In this document: one piece after another, positions 21,793 to 29,600 of the stretch
How positions within the stretch are numbered: position 1 is the first letter of the stretch
Layout: every line of letters begins with the position of its first letter
The notes under the pieces: model-generated
Told to the model about the DNA's origin: nothing
The model's input: the letters and a program-made list of their open reading frames with translations, nothing else
Databases searched by the model: none
Assembly: GCA_964396965.1 (NCBI GenBank)
Contig: CAYNGD010000001.1
Coordinates: 67,596 to 131,595, forward strand
DNA: 64,000 bases
DNA from: an uncultured Dehalococcoidales bacterium
Lineage (GTDB): Bacteria; Chloroflexota; Dehalococcoidia; Dehalococcoidales; BS750m-G39
Direction of reading: 5' to 3'
Position numbers and translations under genes: made by a program

Positions 21793-22215
21793 CTAGATAT
21801 CGAATACCACCTGAACCCGGTAGCCGTCATTCTTGTCAACCTTGAGCATATGGTAGGTGGCCGCTTTGACCCCTATTTTCAGCCTGTGCCTTGAGACGTC
21901 CGCCTTTTCCCCGTAGCCCCTGGCTTCAAGGTGGCTATTATCAAGCTGGCTAATCTCAAAGCGCTTGAAGAGAATGCCCTCGGTGTCAAAGCGGTAGACC
22001 AGCTCGTTAAGCCAAGCCACCAGCAGGCTCTCTATATCACCGGCCTCTACCTCTATATCCCGATGGGTGACCTCCTTCACATCATCAAGCTCGGTTATCA
22101 GGCTGAAGAGGGCCCGGGCGGCATTGGCGAAGGCCTGCTTCAGGTCAGCCCCGTAGGCGATAATACCGACATCGGCGGTATGGTCTAGAATCTCAAAGTC
22201 CTTCGTCATCAGCAT
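21793..22215 (-). CDS. Archease (RtcB activator family)
   Basis: 140 aa. FEILDHTADVGIIAYG, KAATYHMLKV. Confidence 0.85.
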   Translation of the reverse strand: MLMTKDFEILDHTADVGIIAYGADLKQAFANAARALFSLITELDDVKEVTHRDIEVEAGDIESLLVAWLNELVYRFDTEGILFKRFEISQLDNSHLEARGYGEKADVSRHRLKIGVKAATYHMLKVDKNDGYRVQVVFDI

Positions 22216-22289
22216 CAGCTTTTTGAGAAGTAAATTATATCACAATCATTCACTTCTATAAATATAAACTCTTTATTTTACCTAGCAAA

Positions 22290-22361
22290 CTATCCCCCTA
22301 ACCCCCTTCCCTTACAAGGGAAGGGGGGAGTGATTTTTTAAGAGAGGCTCTGCCTCTCTTC
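22290..22361 (-). repeat. REP-like double-hairpin intergenic element, copy 2 (inverted relative to copy 1)
   Basis: The reverse complement reads AGAGAGGC-AGA-GCCTCTCT ... CCCCTTCCCTT-G-TAAGGGAAGGGG-GTTAGGGGGATAG. Hairpin 1 carries a compensatory G:C to A:T change relative to copy 1. Confidence 0.8.
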
Positions 22362-22470
22362 TACACTCTTATATGGAGTTTAAGAGGTAAAATCTTTTGG
22401 GCGGGTGGGTATGGGAAGAAAAACGCACTTTGAGGCATTGACCGCTATCTAGTATAATATAGGTAGCACT

Positions 22471-23079
22471 ATGAATTTAGAGAACGAAGGCAACCATATC
22501 AAGAGCGCCCGTGAGATAGCCATGGAGAAGGTGGCCGAGCTGGGCGAGGTCACCGAAGAGGAGCGCCTGAGGTGGAAATATGTCCCCGAAGGGGAAAAGC
22601 TGGCCGCCAGATACCTCAAGCAAAACATCAACCTGGCCACCGAGCTGGGCAGCTACGATGAGAAGGTGGTCGGCTACGTCAAAGAGGGGGCCAGCGAGAT
22701 ACTCATCAGGAACATCAACCTGCCCCGGAACGACCCCGCCCGGAGGAACAACAAAAAAGCAATGGATGGCCTGAAGACCCTGAAGCAGGATAAGATAGGC
22801 GTGGAGAATATCTTCAGCCGGATAAGGAATATCTTCAACCACTACACCGAGCAGGGTGAGCAGCAGAGAAGGCAGGCCTACGAGCAGCTAAAGGCCGAGT
22901 TCAGTGCCAGGGTTAAACAGGCGCTCCAGCAGCAGCTGGGCACAGTGATGGGGCTGAACATAGATATAGAGAGACAGCCGCAGTTTCAGGAGGAGTGGCG
23001 CAAGCTGCTGGTCCAGCTTGACTCGCAGTACATCAACCTGCTCAACGAATACAAGCAGGAGCTATCGGCGATAAAATAG
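22471..23079 (+). CDS. Hypothetical coiled-coil protein
   Basis: 202-aa ORF, first gene of a tightly packed four-gene operon. I recognise no motif. Confidence 0.6.
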   Translation: MNLENEGNHIKSAREIAMEKVAELGEVTEEERLRWKYVPEGEKLAARYLKQNINLATELGSYDEKVVGYVKEGASEILIRNINLPRNDPARRNNKKAMDGLKTLKQDKIGVENIFSRIRNIFNHYTEQGEQQRRQAYEQLKAEFSARVKQALQQQLGTVMGLNIDIERQPQFQEEWRKLLVQLDSQYINLLNEYKQELSAIK

Positions 23080-23088
23080 GCAACAGCT

Positions 23089-23802
23089 ATGGACAGTGAG
23101 GACGAAAGAATCAGAGAGGCCGTCAAGCGCACCGAGATATTGAGGCCGCCCAAGCGGAGCCTGGCTACCTTCGGCACCACCAATATCTACTACTACCTGG
23201 TGACCGAGCCCGCCTACGCCGAGCTGGTGGAGACGGCCACCGAGACGGTGGTCAGGGAGGGACGGGTAATCGCCGAGAGGCCGAGGATTGTCACCCCCTA
23301 CTACCTCTCCCACCTGGAGGGCTTCAGCCCGGAGGCCAGGAAATACTTCGATACCCTTATTCAGACCCACGGCCCTAACGCCCCCGGGCTGTTCTACAGC
23401 TACAAGAACGAGCCCAAGGAGCTTAATATCATCTCGGATAACCTGATGGCGGTGGTGGCCAAGATAAACAGCGAAATCGATAAGCGGGGCGACCCACTGG
23501 CCTCCATCATCAGGGGGCAGGATGAGCTCTGGGACGTATCACTGATGAAGTTCATCTACGAGATGACCCGTAGCTCCCTCCCCGATAACCTGATGCAGAT
23601 GGGCAAACGGGGGCTGCTGAATACCGATTCCAGGGGCATCACCGCCGATGTCAGGATAAGGATTGAGAAGCTTTTTGACCAGGCCGCCAGAGGCGACATC
23701 GAACCCAGGGAGCTGAAGGACGAGCTCGACCGCTGGGGCGTCTTTGCCGACTACGAAGACAGGTTTTTCGCCCTTTTCCGGGGTCACAAAGGACTGATAT
23801 AG
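23089..23802 (+). CDS. Hypothetical protein
   Basis: 237-aa ORF starting 10 nt after the previous stop. I recognise no motif. Confidence 0.6.
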   Translation: MDSEDERIREAVKRTEILRPPKRSLATFGTTNIYYYLVTEPAYAELVETATETVVREGRVIAERPRIVTPYYLSHLEGFSPEARKYFDTLIQTHGPNAPGLFYSYKNEPKELNIISDNLMAVVAKINSEIDKRGDPLASIIRGQDELWDVSLMKFIYEMTRSSLPDNLMQMGKRGLLNTDSRGITADVRIRIEKLFDQAARGDIEPRELKDELDRWGVFADYEDRFFALFRGHKGLI

Positions 23803-23803
23803 C

Positions 23804-24682
23804 ATGTACGACGAACAGGTAAGAGTAAGACCGCCCAGTGAAGCCAACAGCTTCCTGCTGCCGGTGACCTTCGGCTGCTCCCACAATACCTGCACCTTCT
23901 GCGGTACCTATACCGATATGAAGTTCAGGATAAGGCCACTGGAGGACATCAAGCGTGACATCGATAAGGTGGCCGGGCACTACAGTTGGAGCGTGAGGCA
24001 GGTCTTCCTGGAGAACGGGGACGCCCTAATCTACAAACAGCCCGGGCTGGTCGAGGTGCTCAAATACCTCAACCAGAAGTTCCCCCAGCTGCACCGCATC
24101 GGCACCTACGCCACTCCCCAATCGGCGCTGATCAAGAGCGCCGACCAGCTCAAAGAGCTGAACCAGCTCGGGCTTAAGATTGCTTACATGGGGGTGGAGA
24201 CGGGCGATGAGGCGCTGCTCAAGAAGATTGACAAAGGGGCGAGCTACGACCAGATTGTTGAGGCGGGGAGGAAAATAAAGCAGGCTGGCATCACCCTCTC
24301 GGTGACGGTGATACTGGGGCTGGGCGGCATTGAGGGCAGCCAGAAGCACGCCCTGGGTACAGCAAAAATACTCACCGACCTTGACCCCGATTTCGCCGGC
24401 GCCCTCACCCTTATGCTCGTCCCCGGTACCCCGCTGCATAAAGAGTGGGAGGAGGGCAAGTTCAGCCTCATCTCGCCCTTTCAGTCCCTGGAAGAGCTAA
24501 AGCTGATAATAGAAAACTCCAATTTTACCAACTGCTTCTTCACCGCCAACCACGCCTCCAACTACCTGCCGATTAAGGCGCGCCTGCCCCGGCAGAAGGC
24601 GGAGGTGCTCAAGCTGATAGACGAGGTTTTAACCAGCCGTGACATGTCCCGGCTGCGTCCCGAGTTCATCCGGGCTCTATAG
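23804..24682 (+). CDS. Radical SAM domain protein (non-canonical CX4CX2C cluster motif)
   Basis: 292 aa. FGCSHNTCTFCGTY near the N-terminus, followed by a TIM-barrel-like GVETGDEALL. Its start is 1 nt after the upstream stop. Confidence 0.75.
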   Translation: MYDEQVRVRPPSEANSFLLPVTFGCSHNTCTFCGTYTDMKFRIRPLEDIKRDIDKVAGHYSWSVRQVFLENGDALIYKQPGLVEVLKYLNQKFPQLHRIGTYATPQSALIKSADQLKELNQLGLKIAYMGVETGDEALLKKIDKGASYDQIVEAGRKIKQAGITLSVTVILGLGGIEGSQKHALGTAKILTDLDPDFAGALTLMLVPGTPLHKEWEEGKFSLISPFQSLEELKLIIENSNFTNCFFTANHASNYLPIKARLPRQKAEVLKLIDEVLTSRDMSRLRPEFIRAL

Positions 24683-24701
24683 AAAAGGGGTAGCTTGAGT
24701 C

Positions 24702-25349
24702 GTGAAGATTTCGGTAATCGAAGCCAGAGACCTCGCCGAGGCCTGGTTCCTCTGCCTGCGCCAGGCGCTGACCGAGGGGTATGACTACAGGATTGACCGC
24801 GGCAGCTATGCCGGCCAGCAACGCAAGGAGCTCGACTTCGTCGTGGTCAGGGTGAAGAACCCGGGAACCAGGCCGATAATACCATCAACGCCCCAGGGAG
24901 TGCCACCCCCCACCTCGATGGAATATATCGATGACTACCTCCCCTATTTAATGACCGCCCACAGGAGACAGGGCGAGCAATACACCTACGGCCAGTACCT
25001 GGAAAAGCAGATAGCCAAGGTAATCGAAATGTATAAGCGTGACGGCCACAACACCAACCAGGCTTTTATGGCGGTGGGCGACGCCGCATCAATAGACCTG
25101 ACCGACCCCCCCTGCCTCAGGGCGATAGACACCCGAATCCGGGACAACAAACTCCATTTCTTCGTCTACTTCCGCTCCTGGGACCTCTGGGCCGGCTTCC
25201 CCTCCAACCTGGCCGCCATCCAGATGCTAAAAGAATATATGGCCAGCGAGATTGGCGTTGACGACGGCGAGTTGATTGCCTCAAGCAAGGGTATGCACCT
25301 CTACGAGTACGCCTGGGAGCTGGCCAGGATTACCGCCAGAATGACCTAA
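24702..25349 (+). CDS. Thymidylate synthase (ThyA)-family protein, short archaeal-like type
   Basis: 215 aa, GTG start. DPPCLRAIDTRIRDNKLHFFVYFRSWDLWAGFPSNL matches the ThyA active-site Cys and RS-D core. It is shorter than a bacterial ThyA. Confidence 0.65.
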   Translation: MKISVIEARDLAEAWFLCLRQALTEGYDYRIDRGSYAGQQRKELDFVVVRVKNPGTRPIIPSTPQGVPPPTSMEYIDDYLPYLMTAHRRQGEQYTYGQYLEKQIAKVIEMYKRDGHNTNQAFMAVGDAASIDLTDPPCLRAIDTRIRDNKLHFFVYFRSWDLWAGFPSNLAAIQMLKEYMASEIGVDDGELIASSKGMHLYEYAWELARITARMT

Positions 25350-25379
25350 GAGGTCTGATAAAGGCCGCCCGGAACGAGG

Positions 25380-26618
25380 TTGAAATATAAACTCAAGTTG
25401 AAACTGAAGCTGTTTGTCCTGGCTCTCCTATCATTCTGCTTGCTCTTCGGGAGCTGTGCCGCCGCCCCCAATTTTGACAGCTCCCTCAGATCAATCGTCA
25501 AGCCCTACCAGTTCAGCATCGCCCGCTGGGAATTCAAGGCAGTGCCGGAGTCACTAAACGGCCTGATTTCAGACCGGGGGAAAGACCTCGAGGACAAGTC
25601 CGGCGTGGTCGTTGACTATTTCAACCTGGTCGAGCAGATAAACAGCCTGAAATCAGAGATAGCCACCGTTAACGCCGGCAACAAAACGGGCGATGCCACC
25701 ACGCTGGGAGCCGAAGTGGACAGCCTGCAAGCCCAAAAGGCGGCCCTGACCGATGAGGTAGAAGGAATAATAGCCCAGCAGATAAGAGAGGTGCTGACGG
25801 AGCAGGGCATCGATAATCCATTGGACAATTTGATAGGATTAAGGGCCAACTTTCCGCCGCTGCTATTCCGGCTGGAGCCACCGCCGCACCTGCTGGTGGT
25901 CTCACCCAGGGACAGGATAGAGAGTATAAGAGAGATAGAGCTGCAGCCGGTGATGAGCGTGTCGGAGATGGAGAGCATTGAAGAGCAGGTTGACAAGCTC
26001 GGCGTCTCCTCGCTGGTGGTGGCGCTGGGGGGCATGAGCACCTATCCCACCTTCGTCATGGACGACGCCAGTCTTCAGTTTACCATCGAGACGGTAGCTC
26101 ACGAATGGCTGCACAGCTATCTAGCCTTTAAGCCGCTGGGGTTTCTCTACCTGCTGGATGCAACCGGCGTGGCACCTAACTATGACATCGCTACCATGAA
26201 CGAGACCGTGGTCGGCATCGTCAGCAAGGAGATAGCTAACATCGTCGTGCAGAAATACTACCCTAGCTTTGAAACTACCACCCCGCCGCCGGCCGAGAAG
26301 CCGGAGTTCGACTTCAACCAGGAGATGAGGGAGATAAGGAAGGCGGTTGATGCCTACCTGGCCCGGGGTGAAATCAGCCAGGCCGAGGCGTTCATGGAAG
26401 AGAAACGGGGGTACCTAGCCTCCCAGGGCTACTACATCAGAAAGCTGAACCAGGCCTATTTTGCCTTCTACGGGACCTACGCCGACAGCCCGACCTCAAT
26501 AAGTCCCATCGGCACCGAGCTGAAACAGCTGAGGACGCAGAGCCCCTCGCTGAAGGATTTCCTAGACACCGCCGCCAATATGACCAGCCGTCAGGACCTG
26601 ATTAACCGCCTGAAGTGA
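25380..26618 (+). CDS. Putative lipoprotein with an HExxH zinc-peptidase-like motif
   Basis: 412 aa, TTG start. Lipobox LLFGSC and motif VAHEWLHSY. Confidence 0.6.
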   Translation: MKYKLKLKLKLFVLALLSFCLLFGSCAAAPNFDSSLRSIVKPYQFSIARWEFKAVPESLNGLISDRGKDLEDKSGVVVDYFNLVEQINSLKSEIATVNAGNKTGDATTLGAEVDSLQAQKAALTDEVEGIIAQQIREVLTEQGIDNPLDNLIGLRANFPPLLFRLEPPPHLLVVSPRDRIESIREIELQPVMSVSEMESIEEQVDKLGVSSLVVALGGMSTYPTFVMDDASLQFTIETVAHEWLHSYLAFKPLGFLYLLDATGVAPNYDIATMNETVVGIVSKEIANIVVQKYYPSFETTTPPPAEKPEFDFNQEMREIRKAVDAYLARGEISQAEAFMEEKRGYLASQGYYIRKLNQAYFAFYGTYADSPTSISPIGTELKQLRTQSPSLKDFLDTAANMTSRQDLINRLK

Positions 26619-26645
26619 GAGCCGGCTAGCAGACTTCTCCTTCCG

Positions 26646-29600
26646 CTACCCCAGCCCGGCGATTATCAGCTCTATCTTGGTGATGTCAAGAGCGTTGACC
26701 ACGCCATCACCGTTGGCGTCGGCGCCGGAGGTCTCGACGTCCATACCGCCGATAATCCGCTCCAACTTGGTTATATCCAGGGCATTGACCACACCATCAC
26801 CGTTGGCGTCGCCCGGTGTCGCCGAGCTAATTTCCACCGAATCGCCCGCCCAGCTCGCCTCTATCTCCCCGGCCTGATTGTCGGAGAGAACGCCGTTGGA
26901 CAGGGTTATGGCGCTGCTGTCACCCTCGGAACCGACGACATGAAAGTGCAGTACTGATAGATAGCCGGAGCCGCTTACCCCGGCCACCCCGGGGACGTTC
27001 TGGATTACCCGGTACGTCCCCGAGCTTATCTCGTTGTACATGTCAACCGGCACTGTGGTCGAGCCTATCAGCCCCGGAGTTACCTCGTCCAGGCGCAGCA
27101 CCGTCGGGTCGAAGGTAACGTCGTAGTTGCCGGAGTCAAAGTCAGTTACCTCGGTGATATCGACGGCGGCAGTGAAGTCGCTGTCGTGAGCAGCGGTAGC
27201 CGGTGCGTCGATGCTGACGCTGACTCCGGGCTGGGCGCCGCTGACCTCCAGCGTCACCGGCACGGTGACCGAAGCCTCGTCGGGATCGTTGCTGGCGACG
27301 ATTATCTCGGCGTTATAGGTGCCGGCGCTGAGGCCGGTGGTATCTACGGTAACTGTTATCGGCTCGGAACCACCCGCCGCCACCGTGCCCGAAGTGGGGC
27401 TCTCGCTCAGCCAGGAGCAGTCCGGGTTAGTCACGCTGAAGCTGGCACTTGCCTCATCAAGCAGGGTCTGTCCCGAGACATAGACATCGGCAGTGATGGT
27501 ATAATCACCCAGCACCGCCTCCGCCGGCAGGCTGTAGGTGAAATTACAGCTGCTCACCTCGCCCGCCGCCACGGTTATCGCTGAGCTGTCCTCAAACACC
27601 GCTGCCCCCTCCGGGTCCGCCACATTAACGGTAACGGTGCCGTCGGTCAGGTCGGCATCACCGCCGTTGCCCACGTCAACATAGATGGTCACGTCTTGCT
27701 CGGCCAGGTAGCTGTCGCTGTCGGTAAAGAGGGTCACAATGCTCACCTCGGGAGAGCCGATTATGGCGCCGGTAGTCCCGTAATAGAAGATTACGTTCTG
27801 GGACTGGCCGGCGGAGAGAGTACCCAGCTCCCAGTACATGCCCACCGCGGTATCCGAGGTTATTGACTGGCCTGAGGTTATGGAATAGGCGAAGGGAGTA
27901 TAATAGATATCCGGCCAGTAGGCGAACTGCACCTTATAAGGCTTGTTGTTGGCGTCAAAGGTACAGTTGGAGGTCAGCGTTGGAGCGGACAGGCTGTCGG
28001 TGGCCTGCCAGTAGTTAAATACCGGATTATTGTACTCCTGCTCGGTGGTGACATCGCCCACCCCCGGCACGATAAAGGGAGCACCGTCGTTGTAGGCCAG
28101 CATGGTGTCGAGGAGAAAGCGTAGCTCTACATCGTGGCCGGCGCTGTCGTTATTGGTAATAGTAGCCTGGTATTTGGTGGTATTCGGCTGCAGGGTCAGC
28201 CTCAGTGAGACGCCGACATCAGTCGGCAGCGACCACTGCGTTATGATGCTGTCGCCGTCTATAGTGGGAGACTGGGTCACGTAGCTGTCCATCACCGAGA
28301 AATCCTGGTAGTAATCGCTGCCGTCCAGCCGCACCGTCATGTAGGAGCTCCAGGGATAGGGATAGCCGTAGAGCAGCAGCATCTCATCGGCGGTGGCCTC
28401 GGTATAGCGGCCAATGCCGTTGTAGTCGGGGAGGTCCTCAACCGAAATGCCCATGTCATAGTCAGTGTTGACCAGGTTCAGGGTACGGCTCTTCTCAGAG
28501 CTCTTCTCTTTTTTAAGCGCCGACGGGTTGCCCTCGGTGCCGTTCGGCCCTGAATCGCCGCCTGCCTCCTGGTCGCTGATGTCATAGCTGAGCTCGCCGC
28601 TGCCGTCGTTGCCGATGGTCAGGGTGTAGTCTTCGATAGTATCGGAGGGCAGGGTCATCTCAAAGCTGGCCGGAGAGACGGTGATATCGGCCACACCGGG
28701 GGTGGTGAAGAGGATGTCATAGAGGAAGGCGCCCCAGTGGGTATCGGTGCTGAAGAGGACGTCAGTCTCGTAGTCGGAGTAGTAGTTGTCCGAAGTCTCC
28801 GGGTAGTAGATGGATATGCCGTGAGAGCCAGCCATCGAGGCGGTGTGGCCCTCGGCGATAACGGCGTTGGTTACCGCCGTCATCACGTCAGCGGCAGCGT
28901 CCCTCACCGCCTGGCTGATGGTGGCATCCTGGTTTACCAGCTGGGCGAAGTGGTAGAGGTCAATGTAGTAGTAATAGTAGTACTCCTGCGCTGAACTCCT
29001 GGCCGTTTCAATGGCGTCCCAGTCGCCGGGGGCGTTGATCATGGCCTGGGCAAAGCTGTCAACCGCCGTCGACAACGCCTCCATATAGTCCAGGTTCACC
29101 GCCGACTGGGTTATGTCCCAGGAAGAGCTGTAGGAGTCCATGTAGTCATTGACTATCTGAGTGCCCAGCTCGGCGGGTGTCATCGCCGGGTCGGCGGCCA
29201 GAGCACCGAGGGTGGCGGCGTAGTCCCAGCCGTCGCCGGGCTCGGTCTCCTCCGAACCTATAGTTATGTCAACCATGGGAGAGTCAGCGCTGCCCATCAC
29301 CTGATAGGCCACCTCGGCCATCTGCATCAGGCAGGCGTCAAAGCCGAGGATATCCAGCGTCTGGCCGGTGCTGGCGTTGGCCTCGTCCAGGGCGCTGCGC
29401 AGTTCAGTCATGGTCAGCTCGTCGCCGGACTGGTCATCAATGCAGACGGACTTCACTGAATTGCCGCTCTCCTCCCTCTCCCGCCAGCCGCTGCCGTGGT
29501 TCCAGAGCACCAGGGCGTAGTGCCGGGCGGGGTAGCTGGTCACCGCCCACTCGATAAAGCTGGTAAGCACCGCCGGGTCGCCCATATTGACCTCGCCCAG

